Assembly (NCBI GenBank): GCA_030141605.1
Contig: JAQGDQ010000186.1
Location: 248,001-312,000 of the forward strand
DNA: 64,000 nucleotides
Reading direction: 5' to 3'
Source of the DNA: Tubiluchus corallicola
Taxonomy: Eukaryota > Animalia > Priapulida
Shown: piece by piece, positions 11,966-29,719 of the stretch
How positions within the stretch are numbered: position 1 is the first letter of the stretch
Layout: every line of letters starts with the position of its first letter
Notes under the pieces: generated by a model
Told to the model about the DNA's origin: nothing
Seen by the model: only the letters and a program-made list of their open reading frames with translations
Databases searched by the model: none
Position numbers and translations under genes: made by a program

Positions 11966-14900
11966 TTACTTTTTCCACCATCTCCCCTCGCATTCCTTAG
12001 CTGGAAACAAAATCGTGTTTTTCCGGTCAAATAACTTGGACGGCTTGCTGTTCAGAGCTAGGAAAAACTCGTCAGAATCATAACAAACTCCCAGGCTGTT
12101 GAGTCCTTCTCTAAACTTGCCTTGGAATCTGCGGGCTTGCTGCCTGAGGTAGCCCGGGAACATGTAAGCATATGTCTCAAAGCCTTCCACTGTCCTGACA
12201 TCCATACGTTGTTTCTTGAAAAATTAAAAACGTTCACTCTAAAGCTTTAATTTGAAAGGTATGGTATTAACGTGATCCTACCTTACAATCATTTTGGCGT
12301 TATTAATTACATTCAAATGTTGTATTTGTGTACAGTATAAGCTTTAAAAACAGTGAAATTGTCATATTACAGATGGCCAAGTTGCGATGCAAGAAGTGAG
12401 AAATTGCTCATTGTTTTGCCACATTAATTTGTTCTGTTAAAAGATAATTTGGCTAAACAGAAATGCTAAACAAAAGTTCAAGAAGTCTGACGTATACAAG
12501 TTAAATCTAAAGAACATAATTGTCTTCAGCTTCATGCTATCCATGATGTATACGCTGACCAATGTGCTGACCAATCTACAAGACATTAAATTGTATATTA
12601 CATTTATTATTATTGATCTTTGATATATTGATTTGTTGTATATGATCCTTACTAGTTTATCTGGCATGCTCTGAAGTAGTGCTTTACGTTCATTGTCTGC
12701 TGGATGCAACAGAGTGAATCGTTTGTCACACTCATCATCAGTTGGACTTTGCTTCCTTGTAATTCTCATGATCAGTGGTCCTTCTGGGCGGAACTCTGGA
12801 TTGCTACGTCGGATTTCTGCAAGAGATAGAAATATGGTGGTAGCCTGAGTAACATACTAACTAATGAAGTCATAGTCTGCACATGAAGTCTCGCCTCAAT
12901 TTTGTGCTGCTATAATGCCTCGAAAATTAATCCTGTTCTCATCACCATCTCATAAGTAGGTAATCAAAATGACAATTGCCCATACACTTAGTCGTCTATA
13001 TCTAATCTCACATTGCTTAGCTTGTGACCTTTGACCTTTTATCTTCAGGTTGACAACCAAACAACCTGAATATCATACTAGCGTAATCCATTCTGAGCTC
13101 CAATGAGTCATTAGGTTTTGTCACTTGCTGCACGCACAAAGTACTTAAAAATATAAGTAGCTCCGGTGTTAATTCCGGTGCCATCAGCATTAGGCGTTTA
13201 TAGTGAATCGAAACTATACACATATATGAACCAAGTCGAAATACGTTAAAACAAAATTTAGATAACTTACTTGTCACAAAAAAGCAGAAGCAACATTGCA
13301 GTTTTGCGCAGTAAGTCTAATATTGGGATATTTCTATATTCCATCACTACACATCGCTAATGTGTGTAGATTTGAACCAGAAATTTCTCGTTTACAACAC
13401 AAATGTCATTGGTGCTAGACGTGAAGAGCTTGTGTTGGGCATTTGATCACGAGCTCGTAAAGTGGTGAGTTGACCACTACCACTTGATCCTTCTAGTCGG
13501 TCAGGAGATGAAAATGAAAATCATTAGGATGTGAAAGATAAAGTCAACTTTATCAACTTTCGTAGTCTTATATAAGGCTGCTAATTAAGCCACAATTCTT
13601 AGTAAAAGCGGGTAACCTATAGGAGCCATTAAAATCAAGTTAATTAATCCCTTTGGTAAGTCAAGTCTCATGGTTAGGTTTTCTTTTATGCGACTTTTCA
13701 GCCGGGCTGAATTTTCTGCTTGGTTCGCGGGGCAGCAAGCTACATACGAAGTGCGCGTATATATGATTAAAATCGTTAAAGGGCCAGCTTTGTAACACTT
13801 CTTTTTTCTTGTCAATAGCGCAACACAGTTTGGAAAACATACGATACCAATTTGTTTACAACCAAAAATAAAGGCAATTTACCAAGCACTAGTCTTTTCA
13901 GAGCTCCAAAAGCATCGATCAGGGCATCGCGTAATTTGCAAGTTTCTGGGGGAACTGTGTACGCAACAAATTCTCCTCCTGGAAACTTCCTTTTTTCTAT
14001 ACCATTGTCGTAAGTCTCCAGCACTTGGTAGGGTTTCACGTCCGGTGCTAAAAAGCATGATATTTACTTAGAAACATGATCTTCTTTTCGTCTATAACGG
14101 ACGGTTAACAAAATTAAGCTTAAACGAGAAAACTATCCAAACGAGTGACAGCATTTGATCCAGTTATTTACGCACACTGAATGTAAAATACACATTAACT
14201 AAGCCTAACTTAGTTTATCGTTAATTAGATTATGACTATGAATGCCAGAAGTTCAATTTAGTTTAATCAATTGTAATACCAACGAGCGTAGAATATTCAC
14301 TTTATCAGTGTTTAAATAACAGATTTAACACGATTTCTTCCTGACGACACGTAGTTCCTTGATACTTAAGCAATAAATTATGTATGAGTTCAGCTATCAT
14401 GAATTTAATCGTACATACATGGGTGAGGCAAAAAAGCAAGTTACATCCCAAAATTAATTTTGGGACGTAGTCAGCTGATTGAAGGGCATTCGGCTATTTT
14501 AAAAAAGTTCTTTCATAGGAGAGCTGTAGTGTAGTTTAGAAGTAAATTTTAGACATTCACTGAGCAAATGGAAAAATATGTTTTTCTCAATAGCTCGAAC
14601 TATCATTAAATTTTCTCACCTGGTATATTGTTATCAAGTGGTGGGGTTCGAGCACATGATGGGACGTGGAAGCGAGGATAGAAAAACCATATCTCATTGC
14701 GGCGACTAAATACTTGATTTGGTCTGAAAATTCAATAAGCGAGGTAAAATGACATTGACTTATTTTACAAGTTTCGTTGGTAATGGAGACAAAATGGAAA
14801 GTGAAACAATATAAACAAGCTATTTACATTGTTTATGATTTGGATTGAGTCTAATTGAAATTAAGTCACTTAATTGTTATCGAAGTCACAACTACAAAGA

Positions 14901-16058
14901 GTAGATGGAAATGGTTTTGATTTGACTCAGATAGATTAATTGCGTATTTGGTCTTTAAGATGAACTGTCGTAACAGTTATTCTTATAAAACCGCATCTTA
15001 TCTCAACAAGCTACACAATTCCACATTCACTTGGAAATTTTGGACATCTTGAACATGCAACACATGTTAAGGATATGTTGTTACTAATAATGATTTTTCG
15101 TTATGACAGATTTACCTTTGATACTTTGCGAGATAGACCCAGTCTGTATCAATAGCTTCTTCATTGTTGAGCAGCTTTTGCATAAGATATCTTGCTGATC
15201 TAAAAGTACTGACACCCGTCGACCAACCACCAAAATTCTTCACGAAGAAATGCATTCTGGGCAAGTTTTCAATCTGAAAAATGATAACATCTAAAATACT
15301 TAAAACCTCTAAATAATAAAAGTATAAAAAAGAATATTTTTATTTTACATTTGCATTTATCATCAGTACATGCGCATATTATTACTGCCAGGAAGAAATG
15401 TGACAACCATTTACGCAATCTAATGACATTTATAGCACAAAAGAAAAAAATCAATTCATTAGTAACGTCTGATCTACCGACGGCAGATTAAAACTTAACG
15501 ATACGCACAAGTGATATAAGCCTGATAATTAAAACATACTGTAACCGAAGGATCATTGGGCGCCGGAGCATTATCATTCCAGTATTCTTTGGGCAAGAAA
15601 ACAGCAATGCTAAAACGTCTCCGAGACACCACCCCATCCTCTACCATCTCCTTAAGTTGCTTTACGTTTGCTCGTAATTGAGTTAATACTGGCCAGCCTG
15701 CCCTGATCTGCGCATTGTCTGCATTCTCGCCATTTAAATACCTACAGAAGTTATTAATTAATATTACTTTATTGACAAACTGCGTCAATAATGTGCCTTT
15801 TTAACAATTCCTCAGACTGGAAGCCTCCTCAAAGTTGATGGTTGTGCAGTTGTGGCGAGACGGGAATTCAGCTCATCTGAAAACTAATTCTCCAAGATCA
15901 GATACTGGACCAGTAGATTATACTCGAATGTGTTACATCAAGCCCATATAGACAAAATTAACCAAAATTTGTACTTTTTTTGACTATCAATTTAACACGA
16001 TCATCGCCATAATCATGGTCATTATCGTATATCGTTGTGTTGTTGTGGTTGTTGTTGT

Positions 16059-16096
<38 letters not shown>

Positions 16097-19000
16097 TTGA
16101 CGACGACGACGATGATAATCATGATAAAACCACATTTCGTATAATACAAATGTATATCGTGTAGTCACTATGATCATTACCATTATTAGCGTTAACGATA
16201 AAGCTAATACTGTAATGGTAATGATGATCATCATGACTACACGATATACATTTGTTTGTCGATATTGAATGGAGAAATGAAGACAGAAAGAAATTTTAGC
16301 TTCTATGACCAATTGGTGTGAGCTGGTATGGCATTTTCTAATACGTACGAGACACATGATTGCAGTAAGGCTTGTAAGCTAGATTAGGGATTGGAATAAT
16401 AGGGAAACCTGCCCCCGTGTCATGGCCTTAACCTAAATGACTTAGTTATGTAAAACTAGTCCCAAGTTTATTAGTTTTTCTACTGTTTTTTCCGAGTCAA
16501 TGCTAAATATACAGGGTGTTCCAAAAGAAACAGAGCAGTAAAATGTACAGAAATATGTGCACTGAAATTCACAGTTAAAATAGGTTTGCTGGTGAGCCAT
16601 TTGATAAGCGATTATACTATAATAACTACTGAAACTGTACAAGCAGGAGTGCTACGGTGCGTATTATGAAAAACACTCTTAATGTCGGCTGATTGTATGC
16701 TTTGAATAGCATTTGTTATTTTGTCCGAAATGAACCTGGACTTCTGCATGCATTATGACATCATAATGACGTAGAAATAATATTATATTTTCATAGTTCC
16801 AATATTCCTACTACGTGTATATAACTTGTTTTTTGTGTTCCATAAATGCATATTTCTACTGCACTGTTTCTTCTGAAACATCTTATATAAGGCTATAGCT
16901 ATACTAGTACATAAATGTTGAATTACGGAGATCAACAAAAATAGCTATAGGCTTTAAATTCGAATTGTGCGGAAACTATCAAAACAGTAAAATGTTTTGC
17001 AGAATGACAATGTCGATATAAAATATAATCATATAATCATATTTAGCTGCACTCATTAAAATGTCGAAACATGCATTAAAATTATAAATATTGTACATCT
17101 TGCTCCCCTTGCTTAGAACACAATCTTTTATTGCAACAGTTTTGTCGCCTACAACGAATATTGGGTATTCGCTTTACATTTGCAAAAAACACCTTTAGAG
17201 CACAGTTTTATGCTGGACATAAAAGGCAGTATGAAATTTTAAACTGTGATATTACGCCAAATATCAAGGATTGCACATAAAGGGCAATAATAATTACTAA
17301 ACAACGGTTTAATCCGATAAGAATAAACATTTGCTGACGTTCGCACCTGTAAATCCGTCCTGCACCCTCGTACGCAGCGTATCCTCTGCTGAAGCTTGTT
17401 ATGGTTGTACTGATCCACCAAGATTCTTTGTATTCTCTGGCTTCATATTCTGAACTGGTGCAGATTACGGTGTATTCAGGACACTCCTTCTCATAACAAG
17501 GATCACGCCTGTGAAATATCAAAAAAATAATAAATACTTTCTTTCGGAAAGAATTGTGTTAATAAAGCAAACATAATTTAAAAAAAATCGACAATAAAGA
17601 AACAAAGAAAAAATAACCAGAGCAATTTTTCAGTACAGGGTAAAAATAAAGGAAAAAGATCACGTGAAACAAGTAGTTTTGCTAATTTTTGGTGGGCACA
17701 ACATAAAAAGCATACTAAAAACGAAACAATAAAATACATAGAAGTGCAGAAAATAAAAACCACAAGTTGGGAAAACATTTATTTCGAACAAAAAGTTCAT
17801 AGAACTCGCGTAATATTACATAAAATTTACAAACGTATTCATTATTTGAAGCTGTAGGGTCTTGAAACCAGACGTTTCGTTTTTGATATGAAGATGTTGC
17901 TCAAAATTTGTCGTAGCCTTATAAATTTAAGTTTTAATAATTTTTATGCGTCCTTTCCCCTTTGGAGGGGCCATATTACAAACTGTATAAAAACTATTAT
18001 CGTATGGATATATACGATATGTGAAATATCGTCACCGTCAGACATTGTTAATGCTAACAAACTAGATTCTTTTTCTTTTAAACTACTTACATTTGATTTT
18101 AATCCGTTTTTGTAAATTTAACAGAAACGTCTGATTAATGTGGGCCATCATAAGTAAGTTCATGCCTGGTGGCTTTCTCCCTTCCCCAAACATTAGATAA
18201 TTATCTTTAATTGTAATGATCTTATTCATTTAAACGTACAATTTTAGTTTTGGATTGTATAAATAATCTAAACTAATTTAATCACAATAAAAAGTAAGGA
18301 TCAGTGATTATTAAGAAAGCTATTAGTAAATATGCATGCCATCAATTTTTAAAATTAGCTGGGAATTAACGATATAATTAACGGTACCAAATGGTTCACA
18401 AATTTTCAGCGTCTCCTTTCTTTCTTCTACTCATTATCTGCAATGAGTGATAACTGTTGTGAAATAAACTGCAATGGTTTATGAACATTGTGGCATTCTC
18501 AGTCAAAATCTAATTTAAAATATTCACGATTTGTAATTGTTTAAATTGAAGAAAACTTGCTTTCATTTGTTATGCAGTTTTGATAATATAAAAACATCCG
18601 AGATAAAAACTCTTTGCATATAAAATTGTTGTTACAGCGTTTATCTCTCTTGATAAAAGAATCAGTGTCTTCCTATTGGGACATCAAAATATACAATATT
18701 CGAGTTTACGCTTATTTATCTTGCGCTACAATCGTAAAGCAGCGAAAGTAACTTCCTTATATAAACGTAGGAATAAAAATTCTTCAAGCGACAACATCAA
18801 ATAAAGAAACACAAAAAAATCACTGTCCATAACCACACAGTGACATAGCGGACATCTCATAAGTCCCTCCAAAAAATTAATATTGCGGTTTTTTCCACTC
18901 TCTTTCCCTGTATATCAAATTTACGGTGTAAGTTTGCAATGTTATACTTTTTCTTGTTTCTATATTGTGGAATTATTGATGGTTAACAAAGAAAAAGGTG

Positions 19001-19460
19001 GATGCACTTAGCTGGTAAGCATAAAAATGTACATTGATTCCATAATTCGTCTAGATCTAGTTTCTCAGTAATTTATGCGATTTAAGTCTTCTGGATTTTG
19101 CTCTTATTCTTTCGTTGTTTTATTTACTTTTAGTCAACCAGTCATTTTATTGTCTATTCATTTTTATAAATATTCATTTGTTTCCGTGTCGGTGCATGAA
19201 AGAGTAGCAGTTTTTAAAGTGGCACCACTTTAAAATGCTTCAGTTTTCTTGTCAATAGGTGTCACCACTCTATGCATGGCATACCTCTACTACTGCGGTT
19301 TACACTTTGGTGTAAGTCAGCTACGTTTTTAATATTGAGTTAACAGGCATTAGAGAACTAATTACATTTTTGTACTGTAAGTCATTTAATTAGCCTACCT
19401 TGATTGAGTTTGTCCCAGCGCGAGCGCCACAACCAGCACGAAAAAGTAAAATTTGTACAT
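11966..19460 (-). CDS. Secreted tandem double-SOUL (heme-binding protein-like) protein, paralog A, 8 coding exons, 421 aa
   Basis: Exons 19460-19399 (signal peptide MYKFYFFVLVVALALGQTQS), 17508-17347, 15741-15540, 15273-15116, 14723-14620, 14047-13883, 12816-12653, 12214-11966; 1266 nt in frame. SOUL motifs ECPEYTV..SEYEAREY..SWWIST, YLNGEN, APAPNDPSV, FVKNFGG, RRNEIW; second repeat PYQVLETYDNGIEKRKFP ... FREGL..LG.CYD...P.KLFDRKNTILF. Confidence 0.88.
16030..16240. repeat. (GTT)n/(GAT)n/(GAC)n trinucleotide low-complexity tract
   Basis: Seen directly; source of the spurious poly-His/poly-Ile ORFs. Confidence 0.9.
16510..16888. mobile_element. Tc1/mariner-type MITE
   Basis: Begins TA-CAGGGTGTTCCAAAAGAAACAGAGCAGTA; ends TACTGCACTGTTTCTTCTGAAACATCTTA-TA (degenerate ~30-bp TIR, TA flanks); no coding capacity. 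Confidence 0.65.
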
Positions 19461-19714
19461 AGTAGCCTATAATAACAACAAAATTAAGTTACGAAACATC
19501 ATTTGAAAAAGAAATGACTGAACATTTGTTTTTCTGCAATAACAACTGCCTTTTAATAGACGAAAATTGTAGATGAAGTACTATGAAAACTTAAATAAAT
19601 TAAAACTGAAGTCTATTTTAATGCAAAGCAAAAATCTTTTTTTTCAAAAGTATGCGCGAAATTTAGTTTATAACCCAATTTATTCCGAATTAGTTCTCGT
19701 TTATTATAAATTTA

Positions 19715-19820
19715 CATTACTTACCGGTTTATTTTCAGAGTCGCCCTGGTCGTAGACGTTGGTCAGTTTGCACAGCAAAATGCCACATCGGTCAGCCGTC
19801 TCATCCAGGTATAAATGGCC
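19715..19820 (-). promoter_or_regulatory. Putative non-coding first exon and core promoter of SOUL paralog A
   Basis: Donor CG|GTAAGTAATG at 19726-19715, followed upstream by a GC-richer patch and ATTTATA (minus) near 19811-19817. Confidence 0.45.
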
Positions 19821-20291
19821 AAGTGGTTAAACTAATCTATTTTGACCATCACTGAGTAAATGTTAGCTAGTTTACACTAATAACCTAATTATCAATGTCA
19901 TAAAATAGTGCAGATATACGTGTTCTACAAAACGTCGTCTTGAAACGTTAACAAGCTAGGCGATGCCTGGCACAAAGGATTTGGAATTTAATCATGATGC
20001 ACTGTTTTCTTTTAAGAATTTTTCTGAAAATAATTTCCACTAACTAAAACCGAAAACCTCAAATCAAGCCCATTAAACTCGCCATTTTTGTCGAAATTTG
20101 GTTGCACACCTGTTTATAAGTTTAAAACGTAAACTATTGAAGCTTACTATTAACTAACTTATTCATTCCACTCACTCAACATTGCTTTTTCAAAAACCTG
20201 AAGTCTATGAATATGTGCGATTGTACGGTATGTGCCTGTAAGTGTATCATATTATGCTAATGGAGAAATTCTCTATAAGAAAGTAATAATG

Positions 20292-20881
20292 TACAGGATC
20301 GTCCAGAAAAACATTACCTGTAAATTGTTTAACAAAACAAAAATTCCAGATCAAAAACGAAAACCTTTAACAAACGAACGATGATTTTAAATTCGATATT
20401 TTAAAAAAATTTAGCTGTGAGTTTTAGATTTTATTTTTGCTGAGCTTTTTAAGAATGTGATGTTTAAATTTCAATAACAAACGAACTTTCCCAAAATTTA
20501 CGGTTTTAGTTCATTCTTGAAGCAGCAACCGTTTTTCGATTCAGGAATGTCTTTAATTTTTCTTGTGCTGTGCACTTGCTGAGATAAGTTCTCCCAGATG
20601 CTAAAATATAAAAGATTTAAGTCAGTGTTGCCATCTAAGTTGCGTTCGTAAAGCAACATCAAAGGCTGAGTTTTTTTTTCATTCAAAACAGCAAATTTTT
20701 AAAAAATACTTTTCTTGTTATAGTAATTGAATTTTAAATGCCTATTACATTTTTGAAAAGTTTAACAAATAATGAAACTTACAACTAAAATTTACGCACG
20801 CATAAAACATATACATGTTTACTTGTAATTTTTCTTTATTGAAGAATTTACAGGTAATGATTATTCAAGGACGACCTTATA
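20292..20881. mobile_element. Tc1/mariner-type MITE between the two SOUL genes
   Basis: Left TACAGGATCGTCC...CATTACCTGTAAATT and right AATTTACAGGTAATG...GGACGACCTTATA form imperfect ~35-bp TIRs with TA ends. Confidence 0.7.
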
Positions 20882-21986
20882 GATGATGATTGCTGTTAAA
20901 CAATTTCATGATCTAGGTTCCTAGTTTCGATCAATTCATTTTGAACGTGTTCGTGGCCTACAGATGGCAGCAGCAGTGTGTAAACACTTTCTCCGCACTT
21001 CCACCTCATTAATGTCGAGTATTCTTGCTTTTTGCAAGTTTTCTGCAGCCCTCCATCGTAATGTCACATAGCATTTCTCCATTCTTCTTTGTCCCTTGTT
21101 CCATCTCTCCAGGAAGTGGGTTTTTGTGTTATTGTTTTAACAAACAAACAAGAAAAAAAGGGCAATGAAAGCATAACCTCCTTGGCAAAAGCAAGCCGCA
21201 AATAATTGCACCCATTTATAGATGAGACGTTGTCTTCGTATGTCTTGTGGGAAATTGTTTATAGTTTCTTTCATCACGAAGTTTACATTGATAGATAAGA
21301 CATCTACGAAGGCGAGCTGACGCACCAGCTGGTAACTACACTGGATAAATGCACTGTCTTACAAAAAAAACTTTTCAAAAGTATTCAACAAACTTTCAAG
21401 CATCATAACGAAGTCACGTTTATTCAAATACGCAGAATACACACAAATGAATTAATTCATAACACTCTAAAACTATTTACCTCTGATATATTATAATACT
21501 ATTTTCCAATATAAAACAAATATTTTACGTAAGAAAGCTTAATTAAAGCAAATATTTCATACTTTTCTTATATTATTAACATTTACTGTTTTATTTATTC
21601 ATATTTTCAATATACAATCTAGCGAACTGTTTCTAAACTAGAACGAGAAGTAATGGACAGGTTTGTTAATAACATTGTTTGGAAAGTCATTTCTGATTAT
21701 TATTATTAGGTCGGTTTGGTTGGCGAAGTGCCTCACTTACTTCGCCTTTGATAAATTGTTAAAATTTTTAACTGTATTTAATTACAGTATCATAATGGGA
21801 TGCGTGAAAGTGTTTTCCGTTACATCCCTTACATGAATTGATAATTAAACGATGTAAGACTAGAGGCTATATTCGTGAGTTGCTCTACTGCTTATGCTGT
21901 TGTTCTTGATCTGTTTTTGGGACAATTTCTTGTTTATAAATTCAACAACTTTCATTTAATAAATGAATGAATAGTTAAGCCCTCTT

Positions 21987-27448
<5,462 letters not shown>

Positions 27449-28718
27449 TTTTTTCTACGAAGTAACAAACAAAAACGATTTATTACCAGTTAGCCAATAA
27501 AAGTGCGTATAGTTAAAGGCTTTAGTGATATTATAATAGTACAGCGTAATAGGTACTATACCATAGTAATAAGTATACTATTAAATAGTGATTTAAGATT
27601 TTTTTAATTCGTTTATAAACATTATTTTTGCAATTATGCCACGCAAGTGCAAAATTGAACAATGCTATAATAGGTCTGTGTTCTAATCATATTTTTTTTA
27701 TTCTCAGCCTTAAATTTTTTCATATTTGATACAACGAATGTACGTACAAATAACGATAAAATGAACACAATTTATAAATACAATAGAAAGAAGGCTTTTA
27801 CAGATAAAAAAGATACCGCATCGCTGCTAAGTTTGGATTTGAACCAATGATTTTTGAGTTTCAAGCATACCGTCTTACTATATAACATGAGTCTGTAGCT
27901 GAAAGCCACTGGACCAAAGTCTATAGAACTAGTGCTCAGATCATATAACCTAAATGTGATCATTCAAATGATTCCTAAACAGATTAACCGCATAGCTAAC
28001 ACTACGTTTTAAGCAGGTTCCAGTTTATAGCGTCATTAAAAATTACAGGTTTATTCTGTCATGAACGTTATTGTTAAGTTTGAATAAAGTTGAATAAGGT
28101 TGAAACTGGGTAAAAAACTAATAATGTAAAAACGAACCTGCGATAGAACTCTTCCTGTACCTATACACGACACATCAAAGTGTGAACAAGGGACCCAGAT
28201 TTCAGCTCATTTATACCTCCATCATTATCTTCATGTCTTCATCTGGCCAGCACCGTTACACACCGGCATGAAACACGTAACGTATTGAAGGCTGGGTTCC
28301 ACAGGACAAGGGTTAAGCATTAATCAACCAATAGGAACAATGCTATTGATATAAGAGTTTGCCTGGTCTGACCCAATTGATATAATGTGTAAGAGCAAGT
28401 ACGCTTATGATTGAGTTGGTAACAGCTTCACCTTGATCTTTTTTTACACGCTGTTAATCCTAGACTGTCTGGTTCGGACCTAAGTCTAGATGGGTGGCAT
28501 TAGCTGACACAAACATGGAAAGTAGGGCCTGCGTGCTTCTACTCCTGTCTACACTATTTCTCATAATTCTAGTAATGATTAAAGTTTATCTGTAGCAATA
28601 TTTATTAATCGTGATAAATAAATTAATTGTGTGCCGAAATAAGTAAATTTTGTTATTGCTTGATGACCTGCTGAAGACAATATTTATTGTTCTAAAAAAA
28701 TGAGTCAAAGTATAAGCT

Positions 28719-28816
28719 CATTACTTACCGTAACGTCTAGGGAAAGTATTAGACATTTGGTACTGTTTGTTCGGATATTAACTTTTGTTTGTTCGAGTGC
28801 GCTCTATATAAAACCC
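28719..28816 (-). promoter_or_regulatory. Putative non-coding first exon and TATA-like element of SOUL paralog B
   Basis: Strong donor CG|GTAAGTAATG (plus CATTACTTACCG 28719-28730) and TATATA at ~28806-28811; the same 12-mer occurs upstream of paralog A (19715-19726). Confidence 0.5.
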
Positions 28817-28849
28817 ATTGAGACAGCATCACCAAATGTGTAATCCATC

Positions 28850-29260
28850 CCACTAGTAGACGTACAATAAAATTGGATCTAAAAGGTCAAAGGTCAAGGT
28901 CAAGGTGAAATGGAATGGTGAAATTAGTGCATTCCATCTTGTAATGCAGATAGTGTGATAACTCGCAACAAACAAATCGAAAAGTGGCTTTTTATGGTAA
29001 AAAGTAATTTATTGTCTTGGAAGAAATTGATACAGATATATTCGATCAGCACAAGCTTTAAAGAGTAACGACTTTGAGTTCGAGAGAATAAAAGACCAAA
29101 GGTCAAAATGATAATGTGCAAAACCAGTCAGTGTGTTTCTAAGCACTGTAAGAAGCTCACTGCATGAAGACCAAGGATGGCCTGTTTTCGCCGTTCGCCT
29201 GTCGATACGACAGATCATGTTCCAGTGACACACCATTTTAGTTCAAAAGGTCAACATTAG
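28850..29260. mobile_element. Non-autonomous repeat carrying AGGTCA(A)AGGTCA arrays
   Basis: AAAGGTCAAAGGTCAAGGTCAAGGTGA at 28882-28908 with further AAGGTCAA copies near 29100 and 29248. This signature is common in invertebrate non-autonomous elements; a similar relic lies near 58860-59290. Boundaries approximate. Confidence 0.5.
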
Positions 29261-29719
29261 GTCGGAGTCTAGAATTTATAATTTGCATATTATAATTTTA
29301 GTCTGCTACCCGTACATCATACATGGCCATGTTACTTGTTATTATTGCGGAACTTTTGCCCACGCAGATCATAAGTACACGTAGAAACTGTGTACACATA
29401 TTGATAATATACGTATGTGATTTATGTACAAATCTGAGATTTGATCGTCAAATTGACAACCAAGTTTAAACTAATACTAGTGCTGAACACTAGTTTTGTT
29501 TAGAAAAGGCGATTAGATGATCAAGTAATTAATCTATTCGCTTTTCACCTGGTAAACTTCGTATATGAGTTACAGTCGCTACGCGCTTATACTAATAAAA
29601 TTTCCATTCACTTATCGGTTGTATTTAGATTTAACATTTTATCCATCCAATCATACATTTATATAATCCTCAAAGGACGTAAATGTTATTGATTTATGTT
29701 TCTTGTCGTCGTCCATTAA

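Noticed and set aside
15958-16357. Poly-His/Gln ORF suggesting a metal-binding peptide
   Set aside because: Intronic (GAT)n tract; the SOUL-A reading frame is complete without it.
20961-20975. CAGATGGCAGCA CTCF/E-box-like motif between the SOUL paralogs
   Set aside because: Short, common in transposon ends and not testable from sequence alone.
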